Below the pieces are notes generated by a model, which was not told the origin of the DNA, made no database searches, and saw nothing but the letters and a program-made list of their open reading frames with translations. A program made the position numbers and the translations under genes. Below are positions 23,999 through 35,133 of a stretch of DNA of 64,000 bases, in pieces. Origin of the DNA: Syntrophales bacterium (GTDB taxonomy: Bacteria > Desulfobacterota > Syntrophia > Syntrophales > UBA2210). The stretch is from the NCBI GenBank assembly GCA_963662405.2, contig CAXXKT010000001.1:2592001-2656000 (forward strand). Direction: 5' to 3'. How positions within the stretch are numbered: the stretch's first letter is position 1; every line of letters begins with the position of its first letter.

Positions 23999-24855
23999 GG
24001 GCAGTTGGCATGATCATAGATGAAGAGATGCGAGCGTTGATCCGCAAGGCGCTTGAGGAAGATGTCGGATCCGGCGACCTGACGACGGAGGGGGCCCTGA
24101 CCGGAGAAGAGGCCGGTGGGGCGCAGGCGATCTCAAAGGGAGATATCGTCATTGCGGGGATCGATCTCTTTCGGGAAGTCTTCACCATTGTGGACCCGTC
24201 TCTGTCCTTTGAGTCTCATCTGAACGACGGCCAGGTTGCGGGAAACGGAGTCCCTATCGCCTCTGTCGCGGGGAAACTGAGGTCTATCCTGATGGCGGAG
24301 CGCGTTGCGCTGAACTTCTTCCAGCGGATGTGTGGTATCGCCACGTTAACCCGCCGATATGTCGAAGCGGTACAGGGGACCGATGCCCGGATACTGGATA
24401 CGCGAAAGACCACGCCCACCCTCAGGAGTCTTGAAAAATACGCCGTCACGACGGGCGGAGGGATGAACCACCGTATCGGTCTGTATGACGGCGTCCTGAT
24501 CAAGGACAATCATATAACCGCCGCGGGGGGGATCGCGCATGCGGTGCGGAACGTCAGGGAGACCGTTCCTCCGGGGATGCGGATCGAAGTAGAGACAAAG
24601 AATCCGGAAGAGGTTGCTCAGGCCCTTGCCGCAGGGGTTGATATCATCATGCTTGACAACATGGGGATCGGCGAGATGGAGGAGGCGGTTTCCCGTATCG
24701 CCGGGCGGACGCTGGTCGAGGCATCGGGGAATGTCACGCTCGCGAACGTGTACGAGATCGCCCGAACGGGGGTGGACTATATCTCCGTCGGGGCGCTGAC
24801 CCACTCCGCGCCCGCCGCCGATATATCTCTGCTCTTTAAGAATCCAAGTGAGTAA
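23995..24855 (+). CDS. nadC: Quinolinate phosphoribosyltransferase
   Basis: ERVALN, DTRKT, NHR, LIKDNH, IMLDN, ISVGALTHS. Confidence 0.96.
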   Translation: MRAVGMIIDEEMRALIRKALEEDVGSGDLTTEGALTGEEAGGAQAISKGDIVIAGIDLFREVFTIVDPSLSFESHLNDGQVAGNGVPIASVAGKLRSILMAERVALNFFQRMCGIATLTRRYVEAVQGTDARILDTRKTTPTLRSLEKYAVTTGGGMNHRIGLYDGVLIKDNHITAAGGIAHAVRNVRETVPPGMRIEVETKNPEEVAQALAAGVDIIMLDNMGIGEMEEAVSRIAGRTLVEASGNVTLANVYEIARTGVDYISVGALTHSAPAADISLLFKNPSE

Positions 24856-24879
24856 GGTAAAAGGCGTTATCCCGGAGGC

Positions 24880-25695
24880 ATGCACGCATACACGATGAAC
24901 AATGATTTTACGAGAGAATCCGTCGAGAACCTCACCATCGATGGTATTGTCGGGCGCACGGTCCATTTTTTTGACGTCCTCGATTCGACAAATACCCACG
25001 CAACTGCCCTTGCCGCCGCCGGCGCCCGCGAAGGCGAAGTGGTGATAGCGGATTGTCAGACAGCGGGGCGGGGGCGCCTGCGGGGAAGGGTGTGGCATTC
25101 ACCGCCCGGGCGAAACCTGTATACCTCGTTTATATTGCGTCCCTCTATCCCGCCGGTCACCGCCCCGGGGCTCACCCTTGTCACCGGGGTGGCGGTTGCC
25201 GAACTCCTGGGTGGCTACTGTCCCGTTTCCCTCAAATGGCCCAATGACGTCCTGGCAGAGGGGAAAAAGATATGCGGTATTCTCACCGAGATGAGGATCA
25301 GGGATCGGCAAGTCGATTTTGTCGTGGTGGGGATCGGGATTAATGTCAATATGAAACCGTTTGATTTTCAGGAGGAACTGCGTCCTCTCTCTACGTCACT
25401 GAGGGAACAGACCTCTCAAGAGATATCACGTCTCGATCTGGTTGCCGGGCTGTGCCGAGTTCTGGAAAAGTGGTACCGGATCTTTATCGAGAGCGGTCTT
25501 TCCCCCGTGAGAGAACGGTGGCTCGAATATTCGGGGATTGTCGGAAAAATGGTCGAGGTGAAGAACGGGGATGCCCTGCAGCGAGGATGGTGTCAGGGAA
25601 TAAACGACGAGGGGAGACTTCTGCTCGTTGACAACAATACAAACAAGACGGTTCCCGTTCTATCCGGGGACGTCATTGTAGTAAGCGGGAGGTGA
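24880..25695 (+). CDS. birA: Biotin-protein ligase (no HTH)
   Basis: DSTN, QTAGRGR, KWPND, KICGIL, GIGIN. Confidence 0.94.
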   Translation: MHAYTMNNDFTRESVENLTIDGIVGRTVHFFDVLDSTNTHATALAAAGAREGEVVIADCQTAGRGRLRGRVWHSPPGRNLYTSFILRPSIPPVTAPGLTLVTGVAVAELLGGYCPVSLKWPNDVLAEGKKICGILTEMRIRDRQVDFVVVGIGINVNMKPFDFQEELRPLSTSLREQTSQEISRLDLVAGLCRVLEKWYRIFIESGLSPVRERWLEYSGIVGKMVEVKNGDALQRGWCQGINDEGRLLLVDNNTNKTVPVLSGDVIVVSGR

Positions 25696-25701
25696 TCCGT
25701 T

Positions 25702-26466
25702 ATGCTCCTGGTGATCGATGTTGGGAATACCAATACGGTTGTCGGTATTTATGAAGGGAACAAGCTCCTGAACCATTGGCGGGTTCGCACGGTGGTCGAT
25801 CACACGATTGATGAATACGGGATGCTGATACTGAATCTCTACCGAACCAGCAAGGTCGGTTCGAAATCGATCGACAGTATCATCATATCGTGTGTGGTTC
25901 CCTCTATGCTGAACATAATGGAGCCGCTGTGCAAAAAGTATTTTCACATGACTCCCCTTATCGTAGGGCCGGGTATCAAGACCGGTATGCCCATATACTA
26001 CGATAACCCGCGAGAGGTCGGGGCCGACCGGGTCGTCAACGCCGTTGCGGCCCATGAGAAGTATGACGGGGATATCGTTATTGTCGATTTCGGGACGGCA
26101 ACGACCTTCGATTATGTTACCCGAAAGGGGGAGTACATGGGGGGGTGCATCGCACCGGGGGTTGTGATATCGAGCGAGGCCCTCTTTAAACGTGCCTCCA
26201 AGCTGCCGCCGGTTGAGTTGTGCAGGCCCCGGCATGTGATCGCCAAGGACACGGTCAGCAGCATGCAAGCGGGGATTGTCTTCGGGTATGCCGGTCTGGT
26301 GGATGGGCTCGTCAATTTGATCAAAAAGGAGGCGCGGACCGAACCCACCGTTATCGCGACCGGTGGATTGGCAAGTGTCATAGCAGCGGAAACGAGCACC
26401 ATTGATCATGTCGATGAGATGCTGACCTTGGAGGGGCTCCGGATAATTCATTCACGAAACGTGTAA
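25702..26466 (+). CDS. coaX: Type III pantothenate kinase
   Basis: [24 protein letters not shown]. Confidence 0.95.
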   Translation: MLLVIDVGNTNTVVGIYEGNKLLNHWRVRTVVDHTIDEYGMLILNLYRTSKVGSKSIDSIIISCVVPSMLNIMEPLCKKYFHMTPLIVGPGIKTGMPIYYDNPREVGADRVVNAVAAHEKYDGDIVIVDFGTATTFDYVTRKGEYMGGCIAPGVVISSEALFKRASKLPPVELCRPRHVIAKDTVSSMQAGIVFGYAGLVDGLVNLIKKEARTEPTVIATGGLASVIAAETSTIDHVDEMLTLEGLRIIHSRNV

Positions 26467-27762
26467 TGTCATCCATTTCTTGAAGGCATCGAGGGATCGC
26501 TCGGCGTATCGCCTGCCACGCTCTTTCTTCGGGACCCGTCCCTCAAGGGGCTCAAAGAGACCGAAGTTCACGTTCATCGGCTGGAAGGTCTTGTAATCGG
26601 CATTGGTGATATGGTGGAGAAGGGCCCCCAAAGCGGTTGTCCCGGGAGGGGGAGCCAGGTCGTCTCCGGTCATCAGCCGCCGGACGTTGATTCCTGCCAT
26701 GAGACCCATCGCCGCCGATTCCATATACCCCTCGACCCCCGTGATCTGTCCCGCAAAAAATATGTTTGCGTTGGAACGCAGTTGCAGCGTCTTGCTGAGG
26801 AGGGCGGGGGAGTTGATGAAGGTGTTGCGGTGTATGCTGCCGTAGCGAGCGAACACGGCACTCTCCAGTCCCGGGATCATCCTGAGGATTCGCCTCTGCT
26901 CGGGCCATGTCAGCTTCGTCTGGAATCCAACGATGTTGTAGAGTGATCCCGCGCTGTTTTCCTGCCGGAGCTGAACGACGGCGTGCGGTCGTCTTTCCGT
27001 TTTCGGGTCGGTGAGGCCGACCGGTTTCATTGGCCCGAACAGGAGCGTCTGTGGTCCTCTTCGGGCCAGGACTTCGATGGGGAGACATCCCTCGAAACAG
27101 CGTTTGTCCTCGAAATCCCTGAGGGGGACCTCGTCTCCCCGCATCAGTTCCATCCAGAAGCGTTCATACTCCTCTCGTGTCAAGGGACAATTCAGGTAAT
27201 CCCCCTCGCTTTCTTTCTCCCACCGTGATGCCCGGAAGACCCGTGTATAATCGATTGAATCAGCCTCCACGATGGGTGAGATAGCATCATAGAAGTGGAG
27301 GTGTTCCTCTCCGGTGAGGGCGACTATCTCCCGTACCAGGGAGTCAGATGTCAGGGGCCCGGTAGCGACGATAACGGTCGAATCTTCGGGGATCCGCGTC
27401 ATCTCGCCTTCCCGCGATATGGTGATCCCGGCGGAGAGGAGTCGTCTCTCAATATGTCGTGAAAAGAGGAGTCGGTCGACGGCGAGGGCCTTTCCCGCCG
27501 GGACTGCCGTGGCATCGGCCGCCTCCATTATCAGGGAACCCATGAGCCGCATCTCCTCCTTAAGAAGACCGACGGCATTCTCCAAGGCGTTGGAACGCAG
27601 GGAGTTACTGCACACCAACTCAGCAAGGAGGGGAGAGGTGTGAGCGGGGGAAAAACGGGAGGGCTTCATCTCATAGAGGGTGATGTCGATTCCCCGTTTC
27701 GCTATCTGCCAGGCAGCCTCGCACCCGGCGAGGCCACCCCCGATGATAACGACCGGTTTCAT
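26452..27762 (-). CDS. trmFO: tRNA m5U54 methyltransferase (folate/FAD-dependent)
   Basis: [37 protein letters not shown]. Confidence 0.96.
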   Translation of the reverse strand: MKPVVIIGGGLAGCEAAWQIAKRGIDITLYEMKPSRFSPAHTSPLLAELVCSNSLRSNALENAVGLLKEEMRLMGSLIMEAADATAVPAGKALAVDRLLFSRHIERRLLSAGITISREGEMTRIPEDSTVIVATGPLTSDSLVREIVALTGEEHLHFYDAISPIVEADSIDYTRVFRASRWEKESEGDYLNCPLTREEYERFWMELMRGDEVPLRDFEDKRCFEGCLPIEVLARRGPQTLLFGPMKPVGLTDPKTERRPHAVVQLRQENSAGSLYNIVGFQTKLTWPEQRRILRMIPGLESAVFARYGSIHRNTFINSPALLSKTLQLRSNANIFFAGQITGVEGYMESAAMGLMAGINVRRLMTGDDLAPPPGTTALGALLHHITNADYKTFQPMNVNFGLFEPLEGRVPKKERGRRYAERSLDAFKKWMTLHVS

Positions 27763-27779
27763 ATGGGCATCTCCTCCTC

Positions 27780-30032
27780 TTACTCGTTCCCCTGGTCCCT
27801 ATAACCGCATTCCTTGTTGGGGCATTGCTTTACCGGACCCTTTCCCCGTGTCTGTTTTTCAACCAGGAAGGGATGGCCGCAGAGAGGGCAACTTTCCGGT
27901 ATGGGCCGGTCCCACAGGGCGTAGGTGCACTCCGGATATGACGAGCAACCGAAGAAGGTTTTCCCCCGCTTCGATCGCCGCTCGCAGAGGGTCCCGTCGC
28001 ACCCCTCACGGGGGCATTTAACCCCCGTATCGATCGGTTTTGTGTGTTTACATTCCGGATAACCCGAGCATCCCAGAAAGCGACCGAAACGACCCTCCTT
28101 TATCACCATCTGTTTCCCGCACATATCGCAGGTAATGTCGGTCAACGGGGTCTGTGCCTTCGTAATCGCACCATTTTCATCCTGTGCGATGTTCCCGGTG
28201 TTTTTACAGGCGGGGTAATTTGAACAGGCGATGAAACGCCCGTTTCTCCCCCATTTGATCACCATGGGGCTCCCGCATTTATCGCAGGTAAGGTCCGTCG
28301 GGATCTCCTCGCGCTTGATGTCGCGCATTTCCGCTCCCGCCTTTTCCAGCTCCGACCGGAAAGGAGTGTAGAAATTCTCCAGGGTCTCGTGCCGTGTGAG
28401 CTTTCCCTCTTCGATCATGTCCAGACGGTCTTCCATGGAGGCGGTAAATTGGACATCCATGATGTTGGGGAAATTTTCGACGAGGAGATCGTTGACTACA
28501 GCCCCCAGTTCCGTCGGGTGAAATCGTCCGCTCTCGATCGTGACATATTTCCGGTTCTGTATCGTGCTGATGATAGCGGCATACGTGCTGGGTCTGCCGA
28601 TCCCCTTTTCTTCCAGTTCCTTGACGAGGGTTGCCTCGGAGAAGCGCGGCGGGGGCTGCGTAAAGCTCTGTTGCGGCTCCAGGGAAAGAAGCCGCACCTC
28701 TTCGCCTTCAGCGATTGCCGGGAGGATCTTGTCTGTCGGATCGTTCACCGTGTTGCTCTCGCTCTCGCTGGTTTCCGTATAGACGGCGGTAAATCCGGGG
28801 AACTTCAAGATGGACCCCCGGGCATGGAAGAGATAGCGACCCGCCTGTATATCGACGCTGGTCTGATCAAAGACGGCGGGGTTCATCTGGCTGGCGATAA
28901 ACCGGTTCCATATCAGTTGATACAGGCGAAATTCGTCGCCTTTCAAATACGATTTAATCCGTTCCGGTGGATATCCCGTTCCGGTCGGCCGGATCGCTTC
29001 ATGGGCGTCTTGCGAAGATTTTGAGGATTTGAAGACCCGCGCTTTCGAGGGGAGAAAGTCCTTTCCGTACACCTCTTCTATGTGAACTCTCGCCTCGTCG
29101 AGGGCCTCTGCGGCGATCCGGACGGAATCGGTTCGCATATAGGTAATGAGACCAACGGGCCCCTCCTCGCCCAACGATATCCCCTCGTAGAGCCTCTGTG
29201 CCACGCTCATCGTCTTCTTAGCCGTAAAGCGGAGTTTCCGCGAGGCCTCCTGCTGGAGTTTACTGGTGGTGAAGGGCGGCGCCGGGGAGCGATTCATCTG
29301 CTTCTTCTCCACCTTCTGGACGAGGAACGGTACACCCTTGAGCTCTTCGAGGATCTCCTGGGTCTGTGCCTCACAGGTCAGTTTCGCCTTTTTGGTCCCT
29401 ATCCTGGTCAGCCGGGCCTCGAAGGGGGGAGGGGTTTTCCCTTCCAGATGGGCGGTGATGTTCCAGTATTCTTCCGATACGAACGCCTTGATTTCTGCTT
29501 CCCTGTCGCAGATGATCCGGACGGCGACCGATTGGACCCGCCCCGCACTGAGTCCCCGCTGTACCTTCTTCCACAGTATCGGGCTGATCTGGTATCCCAC
29601 CAGTCGATCGAGGATCCGCCGGGATTGCTGAGCTTCGTATTTATTACTGTTCAGCTCAAGAGGATTGTTGATGGCCGCAAGAACGGTCTTTTTGGTCAGA
29701 TCGTTAAAGAGCACTCGGTAGATTCTTTTGTCTCCGTCTATCTCGCTCGCCACATGCCAGGCGATAGCCTCACCCTCACGATCGGGGTCGGGTGCCAGAA
29801 AGATGGTGTCGGCTCTCTTCGCCGCCTTTTTCAGCTCGGAGATGACCTTCTTTTTCTCATTGATAACCTCGTAGATCGGTTCGAAGTTCTTTTCGAGATC
29901 GATTCCCAGTTTGCTTTTGGGGAGGTCTTTGATGTGTCCGACGGAGGCCTTCACCTCGAATTCAGGGCCCAGGTATTTCTGTATGGTCTTGACCTTGGTG
30001 GGAGATTCAACGATGATAAGCGCGTGGGGCAT
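27780..30032 (-). CDS. topA: DNA topoisomerase I
   Basis: [27 protein letters not shown]-terminal Zn ribbons. Confidence 0.98.
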   Translation of the reverse strand: MPHALIIVESPTKVKTIQKYLGPEFEVKASVGHIKDLPKSKLGIDLEKNFEPIYEVINEKKKVISELKKAAKRADTIFLAPDPDREGEAIAWHVASEIDGDKRIYRVLFNDLTKKTVLAAINNPLELNSNKYEAQQSRRILDRLVGYQISPILWKKVQRGLSAGRVQSVAVRIICDREAEIKAFVSEEYWNITAHLEGKTPPPFEARLTRIGTKKAKLTCEAQTQEILEELKGVPFLVQKVEKKQMNRSPAPPFTTSKLQQEASRKLRFTAKKTMSVAQRLYEGISLGEEGPVGLITYMRTDSVRIAAEALDEARVHIEEVYGKDFLPSKARVFKSSKSSQDAHEAIRPTGTGYPPERIKSYLKGDEFRLYQLIWNRFIASQMNPAVFDQTSVDIQAGRYLFHARGSILKFPGFTAVYTETSESESNTVNDPTDKILPAIAEGEEVRLLSLEPQQSFTQPPPRFSEATLVKELEEKGIGRPSTYAAIISTIQNRKYVTIESGRFHPTELGAVVNDLLVENFPNIMDVQFTASMEDRLDMIEEGKLTRHETLENFYTPFRSELEKAGAEMRDIKREEIPTDLTCDKCGSPMVIKWGRNGRFIACSNYPACKNTGNIAQDENGAITKAQTPLTDITCDMCGKQMVIKEGRFGRFLGCSGYPECKHTKPIDTGVKCPREGCDGTLCERRSKRGKTFFGCSSYPECTYALWDRPIPESCPLCGHPFLVEKQTRGKGPVKQCPNKECGYRDQGNE

Positions 30033-31156
30033 TATTCCTCCTTTATCGCAAATGTCTTACCGGGAAGCTGGGTGATGTATCCCTTCAGTTCGAGTGACAT
30101 GAGAATCCGCAGAAGATCCTGAACGGCATACCCGGTATCACTCGCCAATGTGTCTATGTGTGCAGCGTTTGTACTCAAAGCTTTGAGAATGGTCTGCTCT
30201 TCGATCGCGATGCTGTCGGTTTTTCTCTCCGCCACCGGGGTGCCGGAGGGCATCGCTCCGGGGAGTGCGAGATCATGGTTTACCTGGGGGAGGATTTCCT
30301 CCAGAATATCATGTGCGTTCTCAACCAGTTTTGCCCCTTCCCGGAGCAGTCGGTGCGTTCCTCTGGTCCCCGGTGAGTCGATATTCCCCGGAACGGCAAA
30401 GACCTCTCTCCCGTGGTCCAGGGCAAGACGAGCGGTGATCAGAGAGCCGCTTTTTTCCCCGGCCTCGACGATGACCACCCCCAGTGAGAGGCCGCTGATG
30501 ATCCTGTTGCGGGAGGGAAAGTTGGCGGCCAGAGGACGGGTCGTGAATGGATATTCGGTGATCACGGCACCATTCTCCGATATCTTTTCAAAAAGTTCCT
30601 TGTTTTCAGGTGGGTAGATCGTATCCAATCCCGATCCCAGAACGGCGATGGTCCTCCCTTTTCCCGCCAGTGCTCCCCTGTGGGCGGCCGAATCGATCCC
30701 CCGCGCCATCCCGCTGACAACGGTTATCCCTGCCATGGCCAGTTCACGGCAGAGCCGTTCCGTTATGAATCGACCATACGTGCTTGCCAGTCGTGAGCCG
30801 ACCACGGCGATACAGACATCACGGGGAGAGAGTCTTCCCTTTACATACAAAACAGGGGGAAAATCGTATATGGCCGAAAGCAAAGGGGGATAGAATGGAG
30901 AATCAGCGGTTATGAAGGAAGCCCCCATCCTTTCAGCCGTTTCAATCTCCCGCGTAACCTGTGGCCAATCGTTGAATTCGCGGATACCCTGTGCCGTTTT
31001 GTGCGCGATGTGGGGAACCTTGAGGAGGGCGGACAGCGGGGCATCGAAGACGGCGCGAGGCGACCCGAATGCCTTGACGAGATTCTTGAATCCGACGCTC
31101 CCCACGTTTTCCACAAACTTCAAAGCAAGCCAGTATGTTATATCGGTAGGATTCAT
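30032..31156 (-). CDS. dprA: DNA-processing protein DprA
   Basis: AVVGSR, VSGMARGID, RNRIISGLS, SGSLITA; canonical dprA-topA-trmFO order. Confidence 0.95.
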   Translation of the reverse strand: MNPTDITYWLALKFVENVGSVGFKNLVKAFGSPRAVFDAPLSALLKVPHIAHKTAQGIREFNDWPQVTREIETAERMGASFITADSPFYPPLLSAIYDFPPVLYVKGRLSPRDVCIAVVGSRLASTYGRFITERLCRELAMAGITVVSGMARGIDSAAHRGALAGKGRTIAVLGSGLDTIYPPENKELFEKISENGAVITEYPFTTRPLAANFPSRNRIISGLSLGVVIVEAGEKSGSLITARLALDHGREVFAVPGNIDSPGTRGTHRLLREGAKLVENAHDILEEILPQVNHDLALPGAMPSGTPVAERKTDSIAIEEQTILKALSTNAAHIDTLASDTGYAVQDLLRILMSLELKGYITQLPGKTFAIKEE

Positions 31157-31359
31157 TGTTGTGACGATGAAAGATACAAATGTAAGGGTTCCGAAATCCA
31201 GATAATTGCTAAGGTCGGGACTATATATGGTATCTTGGAGGGGTGTCAAGTCTTTTTGAGCGGCGGTTTACTTGACATAGCTCAGGGGTTATACTAGTTT
31301 CAACTGCGCAGCCCGATACCCGCGAGGTCTGTTCCGAGCGGTATGCGCTGCTATTGGGG

Positions 31360-34269
31360 ATGAAAAGAGGAATACCTACGTTGAACCCGAAAAGATTCAT
31401 TACTCTGTGTTGCGTCCTGACGCTCCTTCTTGTCGAATCTGCCGTTTCTTTTGCCGTGACTGATGCACCGGTCCTTACCGTGACACCAGGCGAGATAGAT
31501 TTCGGTGTCATGCGAGATACCGATACGACAGTCCGATCGATTGCGTTATACAGCAAAGGAAAGGTGACGTGGCGAATTCGGTGGGTGGAACCCTGGCTTT
31601 CGCTGGATTCCTATTCGGGGCTTGTTGAAGACGGCATGCAATTCATCACCATTACGGCATCCCCGCGAACCCTTCCCTTGGGGCAATATCAGACCGAAAT
31701 CGTCATCGCGACCTCCTCCGGTACCAGGACGGTTCCCATCTCTGTGACCGTGTTACGCGGGAGTGACGCGATCCCCGAGCCCGAGCTGGAGCAGATCTTT
31801 TTGGTACCTCAGTCGGTTGCCGCTCAGGTCGGCCGAAAGATTCAACTGGGGGTCGTCGGTATGTATTCGGACGGTTCGGAGAAGGATATTACGGGCGAGG
31901 TAGAGTGGGTATCCGATAACGATGCTGTCGGGTATTTTCTTGAAAAGGATGGTCTCCTGGTTGGAAAATCGACCGGAACCGTTGGGATATTTGCGAAAAA
32001 AGATCGGGTCACGAGCCCCGTTATAACCATTCCTGTCGGTGCCCTCTCCGGCCCTTTCCTGAAGGCGTCCATACCGAGGGTCGTGTTGGATCATATCGAG
32101 AAAGGGTCGATGGAGACCCTTTCTCTGTCATTGCGAAATGCCGGTGAGGGGGATCTCGAATGGGAAGTTATCAGCCTGACGCCTTGGTTGATCATAGAGG
32201 GTGAATCCCCGGGGAGTGGCCTTGGTGCTGTGCCGGATCTTGAGGATTATCTTTCGGAGAACGGTACGCCGGATGTAGACGAAGCGGGATACGGCCGGTT
32301 GCGTGGTATGGGTCCGAAGGAACTGAATATCATCATTGATACGACCGGGGTCCCGGATGGGGAGCACGAAGGAGTCCTTTCCGTACGGTCAAACGGAGGC
32401 GATGAACGGATCATCGTTCCGATAACCGTTCTCTCGCTCACCTCCATATCCCTTATACCCGTTTCCGTCACGATGGCGGTGCACGACCGGATATTATTGC
32501 GAGCCACCGGTATATGGTCTGATGGATGCCGGACCGATCTTTCAAGCGGATCGGATGGGAGGTGGACAATTTCGGACGAGTCCATGGGTTATTTCCTCCG
32601 AAGGTCCCCGGTCTTTATCGCAAGCAAGGCCGGTCAGGTTACAATAAAGAGGGAACGGGGCACTGTCAGCAGTAATGTGGCGATTGTAGCGATTGAAGAG
32701 GCCCCTGTCGCCCCTGTACTATTCGTATCGCCCCATGAAGTGGATTTCGGAACGATCGGCCCCGGTGAGATCTCAAAGGGGGATATCGTCCTCCGGAATG
32801 TTGGTGGAGCAGGGTTGACCTGGCAGGTATACGGAGTGGGAGACTGGTTCTGTACGGGAGGTGAAGACCTCTCGGGAAGTCCCGGTAGAGCGGAGCGTCG
32901 TCTTCATATTCGGATTGAATCCGTGGAAGAGGATGCAGTCTTTGGAGGGGGGCTCTTTCCCGTTCGGATATCACTGGGAACGGGCCGTCACACCGTCTCT
33001 TATGAAAAGTATCTTGCTACGGGTAGTTATAGGGAAGAGCTAAGATTATTATTCAATGGTGGAGAACGCTCGGTCTTTTTGAACTTTGTGGTAGCTGAAA
33101 CAATATCACGGTCCCGCATGGTCATTGAACCCCTCGGGATAGATTTCGGTTACGTCTCCGCAGAGGGAACGCTGGCTCAAAAGATAGAGTTGAAGAACGA
33201 GGCGGAAAAGGTTTTGCGATGGGGTGTTACTGTACAGGGCGGCAGGAAAAGTTTCAGAGGGGTAGCCCTTCCTGAAAAGGGACGGTATATTTCCTTTGCG
33301 AATGAGGCTCTTGCGGGGAAGGCCCGATACCGGGTACCGAAACGTCTGACGGGTAAGGCGGAATTCTCCGGCGAGTGGACGGAAAATGATGGTTATCCCA
33401 GCAGCATATTGGATGATGCTACCGTCCGATATGCCTTCTGGGGGAGTGGCATCACCCTGCAAGCCTGGAAGGGACCGTACGGGGGTATTGCCGAAGTATT
33501 CGTCGATGGTCGCCCTGCCGGTGAGGTCGATCTTGCCTCGGGGAGCAGGGAGCGAGTCGAGTTTACGGCAGCGAAAAACCTCTTTGAGAACGATTCACAC
33601 CTCCTCGTGATTCGGGTCACCGGGGGTGTCATGGAACTTGAAGGGGTCCGGGTATACTCTTCGGACCTTATCACGAATCAGAAGGGGTGGATTACAATAT
33701 CTCCCGAGCGGGGTACGACGACTAATGAGGTGGATTTTATTACCGTCACCGTTACCCCGGAGGGATTGTCACGCGGATCGTACACCGAGAATATCGTATT
33801 TTACTCGGACGAGGGGATCGAGACAGTTAATGTGTCGCTTGATGTGGTAGAAGATAAGCATGCTGAACTAATACAGATATATAGATATATCAGAGGGACG
33901 GACATACGCCTTGCCGCTGAAGGTCCGGGGGAAGAACTCCTCTTACGCGGGTACCGAAAGGATGCCCCCCTTTTCAAGCTTTTCCGGAAGGGCACATCCG
34001 GGACCTCTGAGTTTTTCCAGTGGTATAATCCATCGAAAAGTGCATCTTTCTATTCGTATGATCGCTCGGGCGGGAAACGTTCTCTCGAAGGGTACCTCTT
34101 TAACGGTTCGATCGGCAATATCGCAACGCTGAAACTTCCCCATACCCGGGATCTTTATCGATGGTTCAATCCGCGGACGGCTGCATATGGGTACACCGTT
34201 GATCCCAAGGGCGAAGATTATCAGGATCAGGGGTATCGCTACGATGGCGTTGCGGGGTATGTCAGATAA
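31360..34269 (+). CDS. Large exported beta-sandwich repeat protein (BACON/Ig-like repeats)
   Basis: Signal peptide; repeated P.xIDFG...L.N.G...L.W...W motifs and Big_2-like G.YSDG motifs; aromatic C-terminal repeats. Confidence 0.65.
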   Translation: MKRGIPTLNPKRFITLCCVLTLLLVESAVSFAVTDAPVLTVTPGEIDFGVMRDTDTTVRSIALYSKGKVTWRIRWVEPWLSLDSYSGLVEDGMQFITITASPRTLPLGQYQTEIVIATSSGTRTVPISVTVLRGSDAIPEPELEQIFLVPQSVAAQVGRKIQLGVVGMYSDGSEKDITGEVEWVSDNDAVGYFLEKDGLLVGKSTGTVGIFAKKDRVTSPVITIPVGALSGPFLKASIPRVVLDHIEKGSMETLSLSLRNAGEGDLEWEVISLTPWLIIEGESPGSGLGAVPDLEDYLSENGTPDVDEAGYGRLRGMGPKELNIIIDTTGVPDGEHEGVLSVRSNGGDERIIVPITVLSLTSISLIPVSVTMAVHDRILLRATGIWSDGCRTDLSSGSDGRWTISDESMGYFLRRSPVFIASKAGQVTIKRERGTVSSNVAIVAIEEAPVAPVLFVSPHEVDFGTIGPGEISKGDIVLRNVGGAGLTWQVYGVGDWFCTGGEDLSGSPGRAERRLHIRIESVEEDAVFGGGLFPVRISLGTGRHTVSYEKYLATGSYREELRLLFNGGERSVFLNFVVAETISRSRMVIEPLGIDFGYVSAEGTLAQKIELKNEAEKVLRWGVTVQGGRKSFRGVALPEKGRYISFANEALAGKARYRVPKRLTGKAEFSGEWTENDGYPSSILDDATVRYAFWGSGITLQAWKGPYGGIAEVFVDGRPAGEVDLASGSRERVEFTAAKNLFENDSHLLVIRVTGGVMELEGVRVYSSDLITNQKGWITISPERGTTTNEVDFITVTVTPEGLSRGSYTENIVFYSDEGIETVNVSLDVVEDKHAELIQIYRYIRGTDIRLAAEGPGEELLLRGYRKDAPLFKLFRKGTSGTSEFFQWYNPSKSASFYSYDRSGGKRSLEGYLFNGSIGNIATLKLPHTRDLYRWFNPRTAAYGYTVDPKGEDYQDQGYRYDGVAGYVR

Positions 34270-34293
34270 CATGACGGCTGTCTGCGTTTTATC

Positions 34294-34322
34294 TTGACAA
34301 ACATAGGCAAAGTGAATAAAAG
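34294..34322 (+). promoter_or_regulatory. Sigma70-type promoter of the tRNA pair
   Basis: TTGACA-N17-TAAAAG ending ~20 nt before tRNA-Arg. Confidence 0.65.
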
Positions 34323-34342
34323 TTCCTTTTTTTACGAATCAT

Positions 34343-34419
<77 letters not shown>

Positions 34420-34430
34420 TATAGATACGT

Positions 34431-34508
34431 GGTGGGTGTAGCTCAGTTGGTTAGAGTGCCTGGTTGTGGCCCAGGAGGTCGAGGGTTCAAATCCCTTCAC
34501 TCACCCCA
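34431..34508 (+). tRNA. tRNA-His (anticodon GTG)
   Basis: G-1, anticodon arm CCTGG-TTGTGGC-CCAGG, GGTTCAAATCC, C discriminator plus CCA. Confidence 0.97.
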
Positions 34509-34536
34509 AAACATGCCTTGAAATATCAGGTATTTG

Positions 34537-34574
34537 ATTGAAAAGGGACTCCATGGGGTGAGTCCCTTTTCAAT
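34537..34574. terminator. Perfect 15-bp inverted repeat, probable bidirectional terminator
   Basis: ATTGAAAAGGGACTC-N8-GAGTCCCTTTTCAAT just after tRNA-His. Confidence 0.75.
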
Positions 34575-34653
34575 GTCGATCCGTTACCGGAATCATCGGC
34601 TGGCTATTCCGGACTCTCGCTGCTATTTTCGAGGCGTAGCCCTTCTTTAATTC

Positions 34654-34688
34654 TGACTACAAAATGACTACATTTCGGTGTGACCACA
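34654..34688 (+). repeat. Tandem TGACTACA repeats, putative integrase arm-type sites
   Basis: TGACTACA at 34654 and 34665, TGACCACA at 34681; IHF consensus TATCAG-GTAT-TTG at 34524-34536. Confidence 0.5.
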
Positions 34689-35133
34689 AAAACGGGAATT
34701 TATATTCTTGATTCCATCCACTCTTTGAATGCACGAGGAACAGACGAAATCTGATCGTCAAGAACCTTTCCCCCATTTTCGTCTATTCGTTCCCAACCAT
34801 CCGGCTCGCGCAGATAAAGTCATATTGGCACAATCAAATCCAAACACAATTCAAATTGCTACCCTCTGAAAAATAATGAAATATAAAAAACACAGTACAA
34901 CGTCGACAAGGAAGAGTACCCTATTGGTTCATCATCAAAATTCATTTTATGAGTCAAAAAGAATAAATACTAAATTATTGAAATTGAGATTATCCAAATC
35001 AAAAATATTGGTTTTATTGCCATGAGGAGTCTTACAATAAATAATAGATACTCAAAAAGATCGCAGGAGGTGAGGGATGTTTTCCATCAGACGAGCGTTC
35101 CTCGATTCCCTGAATCACAACAGGTTGGCCCCC

